From NCBI GenBank assembly GCA_963674745.2, contig CAXXDV010000001.1:2464001-2528000 (forward strand): DNA of 64,000 nucleotides, read 5' to 3'. Below are positions 21,873 through 33,156 of this stretch, piece after piece (positions within the stretch are counted from its first letter, which is position 1; every line of letters begins with the position of its first letter). The notes beneath the pieces were generated by a model that worked only from the letters and a program-made list of their open reading frames with translations, was not told where the DNA came from and did no database searches. Origin of the DNA: Desulfosudaceae bacterium. GTDB taxonomy: Bacteria; Desulfobacterota; Desulfobacteria; Desulfobacterales; Desulfosudaceae. The position numbers were made by a program, and so were the translations under genes.

Positions 21873-23381
21873 ATGGCCCAGACAGTTCTCCTGATTGACG
21901 GTGATGCCAGTCGTGCCGACGCGCTGAAAATATTTCTGGCACGAAAACACGTTGAGGTGATGACGGCCGTCACGGCGGAGAGGGCCGGCCGCTTGATGGC
22001 CGGTCATGACTACCGGATTATACTCGCCAACCCATACGGAGTCGGCACCAGATTTCCTCTGAAGCTGAAAAAATTCAAGGCGTCAAAACCGCTGCCGCCG
22101 CTTATCGTGTTTACCCCTAAAGATATGACAGACCGGGCCATGGATGACTTTGGTACGTTGGCCGTCAGTTATCTGCAAACGCCGATTAACAGCAAAGCCC
22201 TGGAACTGGCCATCCAATATGCCGAAAATGCGATCCGGGATGAAAAAAAAATGACCAATTACGCCCAGCAGCTCAGCGACCTGCACAACGCCCAGATCCT
22301 TTACCACCAGTTGTTCAATGAAGTCCCTTGTTATATTACAGTACAGAACAGGGACCTGCGGCTCACGGACAGTAATTTGAAATTCAAAGAAGACTTTGGT
22401 GATGTCGTGGGCGGGTTTTGTTACGAAATATACAAGCATCGGAAATCCCCCTGTCCGGGATGCCCGGTGGCCAAAACGTTCGCCGATGGCTTGTCCCACG
22501 GTACGGAAGAGGTCGTGACCTCGCAATCAGGACGGCAGTACAATGTTATTACCCAAACCGCGCCTGTCCGGGACGAAACCGGTGAGATTACCCAGGTCAT
22601 GGAAATATCCACCAACATTACCAAGGTTCGCCAACTTCAGGATCATCTTTCTTCCCTGGGGCTGATGATCGGTTCCATCTCCCACGGTATCAAAGGCACA
22701 TTGACCGCGCTGGACGGCAGTATATACCAGCTTGAAAGCGGACTGCAGAAAAACGACCAGCAGCGGATTGAGAAGTCCTTTTTCAAGCTGAAAAGGATAT
22801 CAGAAGGCTTAAAGCGAATGGTACTGGACATCCTCGATTATGCCAAATCAAGAGAACTCAAATACCAGAAGGTGGAGATCGGCGAACTGGTGGGAGACGT
22901 CATTTCGACTGTTTCCAAATTGGCTCAGGACAACAAGGTCAGGCTGGAGACGGATATTGAAGATGGGCCGGGCCGGATTGAAATAGACGCCAACTGGATG
23001 CAGACGGCCCTTGTCAACTTAATGGAAAACGCGATTGAAGCCTGCGGTGTCGACTCGTCGAAAAAAGACCATTGTGTCAGGCTGACAGTCCGATCCCAGG
23101 ATGATGATCAGATCTGTCTTTCAATTAAAGATAACGGCGTCGGCATGAACAAGCGAACCAAAGATTCTCTGTTTACGTTATTCGCCTCTTCCAAAGGGGC
23201 CAAAGGCACGGGATTGGGCCTTTTCATTGCCAACCACGTGGTGGCTCAGCATGGCGGCACCATAGACGTTACCTCCCGCCTGAAAAGAGGCACCAGTTTT
23301 GAAATATGTCTGCCCAGAAAGAGGGTTGAGCATCCCAGAATCTGCATTTATCCGGAAACGCATCGACAAATGACCTACTGA
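21873..23381 (+). CDS. Sensor histidine kinase with degenerate N-terminal receiver and PAS domain
   Basis: Receiver-like N-terminus (IILANP, acceptor Asp apparently replaced), PAS CYEIYKHRKSPCPGCP, SISHGIKG, DNGVG and GTGLGL. Confidence 0.88.
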   Translation: MAQTVLLIDGDASRADALKIFLARKHVEVMTAVTAERAGRLMAGHDYRIILANPYGVGTRFPLKLKKFKASKPLPPLIVFTPKDMTDRAMDDFGTLAVSYLQTPINSKALELAIQYAENAIRDEKKMTNYAQQLSDLHNAQILYHQLFNEVPCYITVQNRDLRLTDSNLKFKEDFGDVVGGFCYEIYKHRKSPCPGCPVAKTFADGLSHGTEEVVTSQSGRQYNVITQTAPVRDETGEITQVMEISTNITKVRQLQDHLSSLGLMIGSISHGIKGTLTALDGSIYQLESGLQKNDQQRIEKSFFKLKRISEGLKRMVLDILDYAKSRELKYQKVEIGELVGDVISTVSKLAQDNKVRLETDIEDGPGRIEIDANWMQTALVNLMENAIEACGVDSSKKDHCVRLTVRSQDDDQICLSIKDNGVGMNKRTKDSLFTLFASSKGAKGTGLGLFIANHVVAQHGGTIDVTSRLKRGTSFEICLPRKRVEHPRICIYPETHRQMTY

Positions 23382-23491
23382 CATAAACCGACGCTGATTA
23401 CAGATGGACAGACCGTTTAGAAAGATATAATCTAAAATATTGTACATTTTAAGTTGTGTCTCATTTTGAAAAAGAATATATGCGGGGCATC

Positions 23492-23944
23492 ATGCGCTTG
23501 ACGACAAAAAGCCGGTACGGAACCCGGTTGTTACTGGATCTGGCCATCAATGGCCGGGAGAAATATGTCCCTTTAAGTGATATTTCCAAACGTCAGAGTA
23601 TCTCTTTGAAATATCTTGAGCAATTGACCAGTAAGCTCAAAAGAGATGGCCTTATTATCAGTCGCCGCGGTCCCTTCGGCGGCCATAAACTGGCCTATGA
23701 TCCTGAAAAAATTACAATAGGTGATGTCGTCAGGAGCCTCGAGGGAAAGACGGCGCTGACGGAGTGCTCGGAGTCCAAAGAGCCTTCTTGTGGCGTCTGC
23801 AACAGAGCGGGGGCATGCCTTTCACGATGGGTCTGGGTCGAAGCCAGTAATGCCATGTTTGATCGCCTGAATCAGATTACCCTGGAGAGCCTGATCAATG
23901 GTCAGCATTCCCCCCGGCCAAAGGCGGTTTCGGAAAAGAAGTAG
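23492..23944 (+). CDS. Rrf2-family transcriptional regulator
   Basis: MRLTTKSRYG...SRRGPFGGH; Cys cluster ECSESKEPSCGVCNRAGAC. Confidence 0.9.
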   Translation: MRLTTKSRYGTRLLLDLAINGREKYVPLSDISKRQSISLKYLEQLTSKLKRDGLIISRRGPFGGHKLAYDPEKITIGDVVRSLEGKTALTECSESKEPSCGVCNRAGACLSRWVWVEASNAMFDRLNQITLESLINGQHSPRPKAVSEKK

Positions 23945-23947
23945 TCT

Positions 23948-23982
23948 GCGGGAGGGACAATCGTTCCCCCGTCCTTTGTTTC
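23948..23982 (+). terminator. Putative intrinsic terminator after rrf2
   Basis: GCGGGAGGGAC-AATC-GTTCCCCCGT hairpin followed by a pyrimidine-rich tract. Confidence 0.45.
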
Positions 23983-24066
23983 CCACTCATTTTTAATAGG
24001 TTTCATAAACCTGTTCATTTCTATGTCTGAAAAGCCGGCATAGACAGGGGACGTTTTTAAAATCCA

Positions 24067-24102
24067 TTGACAAGAAGGTGGGGAAACGATAATCATTTTC
24101 AT
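24067..24102 (+). promoter_or_regulatory. sigma70 promoter of tmc operon overlapped by a Fur-box-like site
   Basis: TTGACA-17-TAATCA; CGATAAT-C-ATTTTCA matches the 7-1-7 TGATAAT-N-ATTATCA consensus at 12/14. Confidence 0.5.
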
Positions 24103-24234
24103 CTGAGATATAACTCAAAATAATGCACGGGTCGAAATGTATAGGTTCTTTTATGCCGGTATATTAGGCATAACACCATAATTTAAAAATGTTTTATACA
24201 GCAACAAGCGCCTTTGCCGGGGGGGCCAAAGACA

Positions 24235-24975
24235 ATGCACAGGAAACAGAAGATGACAGCGCAAAAAACCAAAAAGGTGTTAAGCGGTTATATTATTATT
24301 GTGTTATTTATCCTGACGGCCGGTTGCCATCATCCGGCCGGCAATTCTGCCATCGAAAATCCGACACTGGATGTCATCGTGCTGGATGCCATGCAAATAT
24401 TCGGCCCCCTTGAACGACCGGCCGTGGCCTTTCCCCATGATCTGCATGTCACTGCCGTAAAAGACAAAGGCGGTTGCAACGCCTGTCATCAGCAGGCCGG
24501 CAAAGGCGTTCTTTTTACGTTCGTGCCCATGGCCGATATGTCGGATCGGACGGCCATGAATACCTGGCATGACCGCTGCATCGGTTGTCATGAAAGGTCG
24601 GTCGATGAAGGCCAGGCCGGCGGGCCATTGACCTGCGGCGAGTGCCATATCAAAACCCTGCCGGGCATACCGGCTGTTCAGACACCGAATTTTTATGATA
24701 CCTATCACGAGCTCCATGAAGCCCTGGATGACGGATGCGGCCTCTGCCACCACGAATACGACGCTCAAACGGGAAAGTTGTATTATGAAGAAGGCATGGA
24801 GAGCGCCTGCAGTGAATGCCATGGAAAAAGTGCGAAAGACAATATGCCGTCACTCAAAGACGCTTCCCATTTGTCATGTGTCAATTGCCATCTGGAGACG
24901 GGCTTGAGCGAGGGGCTGGAATTACCGGTGGATTGTTCCGGCTGCCATGAAACCGGGGTGAAGCCGGCTCAATAA
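24235..24975 (+). CDS. tmcA: Class III multiheme cytochrome c (7 CxxCH), TmcA position; putative lipoprotein
   Basis: Seven CxxCH motifs, c3-type FPHDLH, LTAG-C lipobox, acidic C-terminal domain; precedes tmcDCB. Start uncertain (24214/24235/24253). Confidence 0.75.
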   Translation: MHRKQKMTAQKTKKVLSGYIIIVLFILTAGCHHPAGNSAIENPTLDVIVLDAMQIFGPLERPAVAFPHDLHVTAVKDKGGCNACHQQAGKGVLFTFVPMADMSDRTAMNTWHDRCIGCHERSVDEGQAGGPLTCGECHIKTLPGIPAVQTPNFYDTYHELHEALDDGCGLCHHEYDAQTGKLYYEEGMESACSECHGKSAKDNMPSLKDASHLSCVNCHLETGLSEGLELPVDCSGCHETGVKPAQ

Positions 24976-25021
24976 AACAGACATGCTGTCGATGAGGTAA
25001 GTTTGAAGGAGAGAAAAGTCA

Positions 25022-26290
25022 ATGAATGATATGTCAACCTGGGACTGGGAAACCGGTGAGAAATGCCTCGCGGATCTCAACCAATGGCGGTCTGAATACA
25101 GCTGGGTGGAAGAACCCGTTTTCAGCCCGGACGGTGAGAGAATCGCCTGCATCGTCAATATCGACGACGCCGAATTCAATGTCTGTGTCAATGGCACATT
25201 GTGGGAAACTGAAGCGAATTTTGAAAAGGCCTGGTACCTGAGATTCGCTCCGGACGGACGCCTGACGGCCATTGTCTCCCAGGACATGGCCTGGACCCTG
25301 GGTGTGGACGGTGTCGTCTGGGAGAACAGTTTTGACTATTTATGGAATACACAGTTCAGCCCGGATGGTTCGGTGATCGCGGCCTCGATTCAATCCGGCG
25401 GCGAGTACGGACTGATTGTAGATGACGTTCCCTGGGAAAATCTTTTTTCCAACCTGACCGGAATGTGTTTAAGTGCTGACGGCAAAAGAGGCGCTGCGGC
25501 TGTTCAGAATGACGAGTGCGGCGAAACCGATCTTTTCAAGTTTCAGGAAGGGGTTTATACCGTGGCTGTTGACGGTGACCCCTGGACCCGGAATTTTACC
25601 AATGTCTGGGGCATGGCTTTCAGCCCGGATAACGAACATGTAGCCGCGGAAGTCCGTCTTAATCTTTATGATTACACCCTGGCAGTTGATGGCAAACCAT
25701 GGAGCCAGACCTTTTCCTGTGTCTGGGAACCGATTTTTCATCCGACCCGGGGAACGGTCATTGCGCCGGTAAGGTCCGGGGCCAAGTGGGGGCTGGCCGA
25801 GGACGGGACAATGATCTGGAAACCGGAATTCGACCAGTGCTGGCATCAGATGATTCATGCCGGCAGTGACCGGCTGGCCGCCATCGTGGCCCCGTCTTAT
25901 GGCAAATGGACCGTGGCCGTGGACGGTGAGCCCTGGTCCGTGCGTTTCGGCGACATTGTTCCCGAAGCTGTTTTTTCGCCGGATGGCCGGTCTGTGGCCG
26001 CCCTGGGTGTTGATAAAGGTGTTTACCGGGTGTCAATAGACGGTGACGTCTGGCCGGAAAAATTTGACATGGCCTGGGCCCCGGTGTTCTCTCCAGATGG
26101 GAAAACGGTAGCGGCCAGGGTTGAGAAACAGGGCCAATACACCATCGTTGTCAACGGGAAACTGTGGGGCCGGCAATGCCAGGCCGTGGGTGAGCCGGTA
26201 TTCAGTCCCGACGGCAGCCGTCTGCTTTTAAAGAGTGTTGAACAAGGAAAATATTACCGGCGTGTGATCGCCGTCAATGACATTGTATAG
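25022..26290 (+). CDS. tmcD: Trp-rich beta-propeller subunit TmcD
   Basis: Repeated PVFSPDG / VDGxxW units. Confidence 0.88.
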   Translation: MNDMSTWDWETGEKCLADLNQWRSEYSWVEEPVFSPDGERIACIVNIDDAEFNVCVNGTLWETEANFEKAWYLRFAPDGRLTAIVSQDMAWTLGVDGVVWENSFDYLWNTQFSPDGSVIAASIQSGGEYGLIVDDVPWENLFSNLTGMCLSADGKRGAAAVQNDECGETDLFKFQEGVYTVAVDGDPWTRNFTNVWGMAFSPDNEHVAAEVRLNLYDYTLAVDGKPWSQTFSCVWEPIFHPTRGTVIAPVRSGAKWGLAEDGTMIWKPEFDQCWHQMIHAGSDRLAAIVAPSYGKWTVAVDGEPWSVRFGDIVPEAVFSPDGRSVAALGVDKGVYRVSIDGDVWPEKFDMAWAPVFSPDGKTVAARVEKQGQYTIVVNGKLWGRQCQAVGEPVFSPDGSRLLLKSVEQGKYYRRVIAVNDIV

Positions 26291-26299
26291 GGGGGCGTT

Positions 26300-26977
26300 A
26301 TGTCGGGTCCCGATCAATTCCATGTGATTTATAATTTTATTGCCGGGCCGCTGATGTGGGGAACGGTTATTCTGTTTCTGGCGGGAAGCGTTTACCGCAT
26401 CGGCAACATGTTTTATCTGATCAATCGCAAGGAGCGGTTTATCTACTCTTATTTCAGTTTTATTTATAGTTTACGGTCCATTGTGCACTGGATCATACCC
26501 TTTGGTACCACCAACTGGCGGATGCATCCGGTCATGACGGTGGCAACCTTTGCCTTTCATTTGTCCTTGTTGATTGCTCCCGTTTTTCTGACGGCACACC
26601 TGGTGATGCTGAACAGTGCCTGGGATATCAGCTGGGTGTCTTTGCCGGCGGTTGTGGCGGATGTGATGACAGTGATCGTCATTTTATGCTGTCTGTTTTT
26701 TCTCGTGCGCCGGATATCCCAAAAAGAGGTCCGCTATCTGACCACGCCTTCGGATTATGTGCTGCTGACCCTGGCGGCAGCCCCGTTTATTACCGGGTTT
26801 CTGGCTTATCACCAGGTAGGGGATTACCGCTTGTGGGTTATTCTTCATATGCTTTCCGGGCAATTAATGCTCGTTGCCATCCCGTTTACCCGGTTGAGTC
26901 ATATGCTGTTTGCGGTATTTACCCGCGCCTATACGGGATCGGAATTTGGCGCTATCCGGAATGCCAAGGATTGGTAA
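26300..26977 (+). CDS. tmcC: Cytochrome b subunit TmcC
   Basis: Paralog of HmcE; FAFHL, TAHL, ILHML and RLSHML His ligands. Confidence 0.88.
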   Translation: MSGPDQFHVIYNFIAGPLMWGTVILFLAGSVYRIGNMFYLINRKERFIYSYFSFIYSLRSIVHWIIPFGTTNWRMHPVMTVATFAFHLSLLIAPVFLTAHLVMLNSAWDISWVSLPAVVADVMTVIVILCCLFFLVRRISQKEVRYLTTPSDYVLLTLAAAPFITGFLAYHQVGDYRLWVILHMLSGQLMLVAIPFTRLSHMLFAVFTRAYTGSEFGAIRNAKDW

Positions 26978-27014
26978 AGTGATATGTTTTTGAGTGATGA
27001 GAAAGGAAGAGAAA

Positions 27015-28349
27015 ATGGCTGAAGCCGCGGAAAAAACGGACGGCAAAATTGTTGATGAGGGGCTGGATAAGGGTGCTGCCAGGCTGACCCCGGAGCGGAT
27101 CCAGCAGGCGGTGGATCAGATACTCTCCGGAGAGTCCGGGGCGCGGCTGAAAACATATGTCAACACCTGCGCGCACTGCGGGTTGTGTGCGGATTCCTGC
27201 CATGTCTATTTGTCCAATGATAAAGACCCCAAATATTCGCCGGCCGGGAAGGTTAAACGCACGCTGGGGTTACTTTTGAAAAGCAAAGGCAAGGTCACCC
27301 CGGCACAGATAAGGGACATGTCCGAGATCGCCTCCACCGAATGCAATGCCTGCAAACGGTGTTCCATGTATTGTCCCTTCGGCATCGACGTCGGTTACCT
27401 GATGTTGACCGTGCGGCGACTGTGTCACCTGTGCGGTGTTACCCCGCTGTATATCCAGGCCACCGCCCACAGCCATTCGGTAACCATGAACCAGATGTGG
27501 TTAAAAGAAGACGAATGGATTGATACCCTGCAGTGGCAGGAGGAAGACGCCCGGGATGAAATGCCGGATGTTCGTATTCCGCTTGAAAAAGAAGGCGCCG
27601 AAGTCATGTACTCGGTTATCGCGCCGGAACCGAAATTCATGGCCCAACTGATCTACAATGCAGCCATTATCATGAATGTGGCCGGTATTGACTGGACCAT
27701 GCCGGCCACGCCCGGCTGGGATAACAGTGATATGGCCATGTATACCGGGGACAACGAAATTATGGGCCGTGTGAAACGTGCCCATTTTGAAACTGCCGCC
27801 CGGCTCAAGGTCAAGAAGATCGTCATGGGCGAGTGCGGGCACGCCTTCCGGTCGGTCTATGACATGGGCAACCGCTGGCTGGGCTGGCGGATGCCGCCCG
27901 TACCCATCGTCCATGCCATTGAATTTTATTATGACCTGATAAAGTCTGGAAAGATTAAAATCCGGGAAAAGTTCAAGCCGAAGGTGACCCTGCATGACCC
28001 CTGCAACGTCGTCCGTGGCCGGGGATTGCATGAAAAAGCCCGTTATGTGGTAAACGCCATCTGCGAAGATTTCCAGGAGATGTATCCCAACCGCGAGCAC
28101 AACTACTGCTGTAACGCCGGTGGTGGCGTGATTAACTGCGGCCCGCCTTTCAGAAACAAGCGGGTCATCAGTAACCGGGTCAAAGCGGAGCAACTTAAAG
28201 AAACCGGCGCTTCAGTGCTGATTACCCCCTGCCACAACTGCCACAGCGGGATGGAAGACATTGTCGAACACTATAAACTGGGCATGGAAATCAAGTTTTT
28301 AAGTGAAATTATTTATGAAGTCATGGAGAAACCGGAAGCACCGGCCTAA
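27015..28349 (+). CDS. tmcB: HdrD-like Fe-S/CCG subunit TmcB
   Basis: CAHCGLCADSC, CNACKRCSMYCP, GECGH and NYCCNAGGG. Confidence 0.9.
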   Translation: MAEAAEKTDGKIVDEGLDKGAARLTPERIQQAVDQILSGESGARLKTYVNTCAHCGLCADSCHVYLSNDKDPKYSPAGKVKRTLGLLLKSKGKVTPAQIRDMSEIASTECNACKRCSMYCPFGIDVGYLMLTVRRLCHLCGVTPLYIQATAHSHSVTMNQMWLKEDEWIDTLQWQEEDARDEMPDVRIPLEKEGAEVMYSVIAPEPKFMAQLIYNAAIIMNVAGIDWTMPATPGWDNSDMAMYTGDNEIMGRVKRAHFETAARLKVKKIVMGECGHAFRSVYDMGNRWLGWRMPPVPIVHAIEFYYDLIKSGKIKIREKFKPKVTLHDPCNVVRGRGLHEKARYVVNAICEDFQEMYPNREHNYCCNAGGGVINCGPPFRNKRVISNRVKAEQLKETGASVLITPCHNCHSGMEDIVEHYKLGMEIKFLSEIIYEVMEKPEAPA

Positions 28350-28691
28350 TCGGATATTTGTTTTTTTTCATAATGACTATAAAAAATCCAGCGCTTATCC
28401 TTTTGTTTGTATTCCTATCAGGGATAGCAGGTCATCACCAGCCGGGCTGAAAATTATTTGTCCAAATAAGAGCTGACCGGAGAGCTGCTATTATTCTTCG
28501 ACTATCCAGTCGTCCGTGCTTTCGGCGCTTTTCGTAAATCGACGGCATCTATATTAATTTTTAATAAAATGAATGGTTTATAATATTTAAAGGGCCCTTT
28601 CCATTATGCATTGACATTCAGGGCCGGCAGTGATAAAAAAAAAGTTTATTTTTACAGCCTATATAAAGAAAAATATGGCAAGGAGTAAGAT

Positions 28692-31600
28692 ATGTCCGAC
28701 AAAACGGGGTCAGTGCTTATCGTCGGCGGCGGTATCAGCGGCATGCAGTCGGCGCTTGATCTGGCCGATTCTGGTTATTACGTTTACCTGGCCGACAAAT
28801 CACCGTCCATTGGCGGTGTTATGGCGCAACTGGACAAGACGTTTCCCACCAATGATTGTGCCATGTGAGTGATCTCGCCTACACTGGTCGAGGTCGGCCG
28901 GCACCTGAACATAGAGATACTTCCCGATTCGGAACTGCTGGACGTTGCCGGCCAAGCCGGTAATTTTACCGCCACCCTGAGGCAGTCCCCTCGTTTTATT
29001 GATATTTCCAAGTGCACGGGATGCGGTGAATGTGCAGATGCCTGTCCGGTGGATCTTGTGGATGATTACAACGAAGGGCTGGCATTCCACAAAGCCACCT
29101 ACAAACAATACGCCCAGGCCGTTCCCGGTGCTTATGCCATCTGCAAAGGCGATACGGCTCCCTGTCGTTTGGCCTGCCCGGCCCATTTGAATGTCCAGGG
29201 TTATGTCCAGATGGTTAAAGAAGGGAAATATAAAGAAGCCCTTGAAATTATAATGAAAGACCTCCCGCTGCCAGGCGTTCTGGGCCGTGTCTGCCCCCAT
29301 GAATGCGAGAATGTCTGCCGTCGGGCGGACGTTGACGCGCCGGTTGCTATCCGCAACCTCAAGCGTCTGGCCGCGGACATGGTTGATCCCCGGGAAATTA
29401 AAATCGAATGCGCACCCCGGCGGGACGAACGGGTGGCGATTGTCGGTTCCGGTCCGGCCGGGCTGTCGGCAGCTTACCAGCTCGCCCGGCAGGGAATTGG
29501 ATCCACCATTTTCGAAGCCCTGGAAAAACCAGGCGGTATGCTGCGGGTGGGTATCCCCAATCATCGTTTACCCGAAGACGTGCTGGACCGGGAAATTGAA
29601 GTCATTACCAATCTGGGGGTGGAAATCAAAACCAACACCCGCCTGGGCCGGGATATTACCATTGACGGCCTGTTGGCGGATGGTTACAAAGCGGTTTATC
29701 TGGCTCTGGGCGCCCACCAGGGAACCTCTCTGAGTATGCCCGGCGAAGACACCGCCGGTGTTCGTCAGGGCGTTGATTTCTTAAGGGAAGTGAACCTGAC
29801 CGGAACGACCGAAGTGGGTAAAAAGATTGCCGTTATCGGTGGTGGGAACGTGGCCATTGACGTCTGCCGGGCGGCTGTTCGTCTCGGTGCCGAGGAAGTG
29901 ATTATTGTTTACCGCCGGACCCGGGCGGAAATGCCGGCCTGGGAAGAAGAAATCGTGGCTGCCGAAGAAGAAGGCGTTCAGATCAAGTATTTGAAATCAC
30001 CCAAGGAAGTCCTGACAGACAACGGACGGGTGTGCGGCCTGCGCTGCATTGAGATGGAACTTTCCGAGCCTGACGAGTCCGGGCGCAGAAGACCGGTACC
30101 GGTTGACGACAGTGAACATGACCTTGCCTTTGACCAGATCATTCTGGCTATCGGCCAGCGGCCGGATACCGCCGCTCTGGAAGAAGTCGACGGCGTGGCC
30201 ATGGAACGGTGGGGTGGTCTGCAGGTGGATCCGATTACGTTTCAGACCGGAAAGCCGGGCGTGTTTGCCGGAGGGGATGTTCAGACCGGCCCGGATATTG
30301 CCATTGCCGCCATTGCCGCCGGCAAGGAGGCGGCTGTTTCCATAGAAAGGTACCTGGATGGCGTAGACCTCCAGGCCGGCCGTCAGCAGACAGCGCCTGA
30401 AAATCCGGATTATCAACCGGTCCCCACAGATGCGGAACCCGGAACGCGGGCAGCCATGCCGGAACTGGAACCCGCCGACCGCCGGACCAATTTTGCGGAA
30501 GTGGAGCTGGGATACGGTGAAGAAGAAGGCCGTGCCGAGGCGGCCCGATGTATCAACTGCGGTTATTGCTGCGAATGTTTTCAGTGCGTGGAAGCCTGCA
30601 AGGCGGAAGCCATCAATCACGATATGACCGGCGGGGTCAAAGAACTGAACGTGGGCGCCGTCATTATGACCCCCGGGTTTGAACCTTTTGATCCGTCGAA
30701 ATTTGATAACTATAGTTACAGTCAACTGCCGGATGTGATCACCTCCATGGAATTCGAGCGGCTGCTGTCGGCGTCCGGTCCCACTGCCGGCCACCTGGTC
30801 CGGCTGTCCGATCATCAGGAGCCCAAAAAGATTGCCTGGCTCCAGTGTGTCGGTTCCCGGGACATCAATCGCTGTGACAACGCCTATTGCTCTTCGGTTT
30901 GCTGTATGTACGCCATCAAGCAGACCATCATCGCCAAGGAACATGCCGGGGATGACCTGGATTGCGCGGTTTTTTATATGGATATGCGGACCCATGGCAA
31001 GGACTTCGAACGTTATTACAACAAGGCCAAGGATGAGGTCGGTGTCCGGTTTATAAACAGCCGGGTGCATACCATCCTGCCGGACGAAAAGACCAATATG
31101 TTGTCGTTACGGTACGTTATGGAAGACGGCCAACTGGCATTAGAAGAATTTGATATGGTCGTGCTGTCCATCGGCATGGAGGTCGGTGCCGATGTGGTCG
31201 CCTTGTCCGGTAAGCTGGGCGTTGAACTGACGGCCGGTAATTTTGCCAAAACCCTGCCGTTTACGCCGGTGCAGACGTCACGTGAAGGCATTTTCGCCTG
31301 CGGCGCTTTCCAGAGTCCCAAGGATATTCCCCAGTCGGTTGTGGATGCTTCGGCTGCTTCGGCTTCCGCCGGAGAACTGTTGAGCGAAGCCCGCAACACC
31401 TGCACGGTTACCAGGGAAGTCGTTCCCGAGACCAATGTTATCGGTCTGCGGCCGCGCATCGGTGTTTTTGTGTGTAATTGCGGCAGTAATATCGCCGCTG
31501 TGGTGGATGTCCCGGCGGTCCGGGATTACGCGGCCACTCTGCCATATGTGGAATTCGCAGACGACAACCTGTATTCCTGCAGTCAGGACACCCAGGAGAG

Positions 31601-33134
31601 AATGACCGAATTGATCAAGGAGAAAAATCTCAACCGGGTGGTGGTGGCGGCCTGTACGCCCAAAACCCATGAACCGGTTTTCCAGGAGACCCTGATCAAT
31701 GCCGGCCTGAATAAATACCTGTTTGAAATGACCAATATCCGAAACCAGGATTCCTGGGTTCATCGGAACAACCCGGAAATCGCCACGGAAAAAGCCAAAG
31801 ATCTGATCCGTATGTCCGTGGCCCGGGTGGCCCTGGCTGAACCGCTGGAAGAAGCAGAGCTTCAGGTCAATCCTGTCGCCCTGGTCATCGGTGGCGGCAT
31901 ATCCGGTATGACGTCGGCCCTTTCCCTGGCCCGCCAGGGATATGAAACCCACCTGGTGGAACGTGGCGACCGGCTGGGCGGGCAGGCGCTGAACCTGTTC
32001 AAGACCGCTGACGGCACCGATGTCCAGAAGGCCCTGGCCGAACTGATCAAGGACGTTTCAGCACACGATAAAATCAGTGTTTACATGAATGCCGAACTTG
32101 TCTCGGTTGAAGGTTTTGTCGGTAATTTTAAATCAATCATTTCCAGCAGCGATCAGGAGACAAACCTGGAACACGGCGTGGCCGTGGTGGCCACCGGCGC
32201 TTCGCCCTATCAGCCGGATGAATATGCCTACGGCCAGGACCCCAGAATTATTACCAGCCTGGACATGGATAAAAAATTCATGGCCGATGATCCCGCCCTG
32301 ACGCAGATCGATTCGGCGGTTTTTATCCAGTGTGTCGGCTCCCGGGAACCGGAACGGCCCTATTGCAGCCGGGTCTGTTGTACCCATTCAATTGACAATG
32401 CCCTGGAACTGAAAAAACGCAATCCGGACATGAACGTGTACATCCTGTACCGGGATATCCGCACTTACGGTGAGCGTGAGTACCTGTTCCGTGAGGCGAG
32501 GGAAGCCGGGGTGATTTTCATCCGTTACAAGCTGGATGACAAACCAATCGTGTCTGTTGACGGTGACAGCCTGACGGTTACGGTGAACGATCATGTGCTG
32601 GGACGCAAGTTGGCGATCAATACGGACCTGCTGACACTGGCCACGGCCATTGTGCCCAATGAGACAGAGAAACTTGCCGGATTCTTTAAAATATCGGTAA
32701 ATGATGACGGCATGTTCGCCGAAAAACATGCCAAGCTTGGTCCGTCCGAGTTTGCCACCGACGGGGTTTACCTTTGCGGGATGGCCCATTATCCCAAACC
32801 TGTTGACGAAGCCGTGGCCCAGGGCAAGGCGGCGGCATCGCGGGCGGTGACCCTGCTTTCCCGGGAAATTGTTCATGCCAGCGGCAATGTGGCCCGGGTG
32901 AACCCGGCTAAATGCAGCGCCTGCGGCGTATGTTTGTCCATCTGCCCCTATTCGGCACCGTCCTTTATCGAGGCAGATGCCCGATTCTTTCCCGGCAAGG
33001 CCCAGATCAACCCGGTGCTTTGTAAAGGCTGCGGTCTGTGTGTCGCTTCCTGCCGGTCAGGCGCCATCATGCTCAAGGGCTTTGACAACAACCAGATATT
33101 TGCCCAGATTTTTGCGTTAAAGGAAACAGGCTGA
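28692..33134 (+). CDS. hdrL: HdrL-type large HdrA fusion with inserted NAD(P)H-binding GltD-like module (selenoprotein, 1480 aa)
   Basis: [26 protein letters not shown]...[12 protein letters not shown](28866-28868) in frame with ORF 28869..33134. Internal [17 protein letters not shown] and IGGGNVA module between HdrA segments. Confidence 0.92.
28884..28901 (+). promoter_or_regulatory. Bacterial SECIS-like hairpin (hdrL)
   Basis: CTGGTCG-AGGT-CGGCCGG, 16 nt after the UGA. Confidence 0.8.
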
Positions 33135-33156
33135 ACAATTACGGATTGATAGAAAA

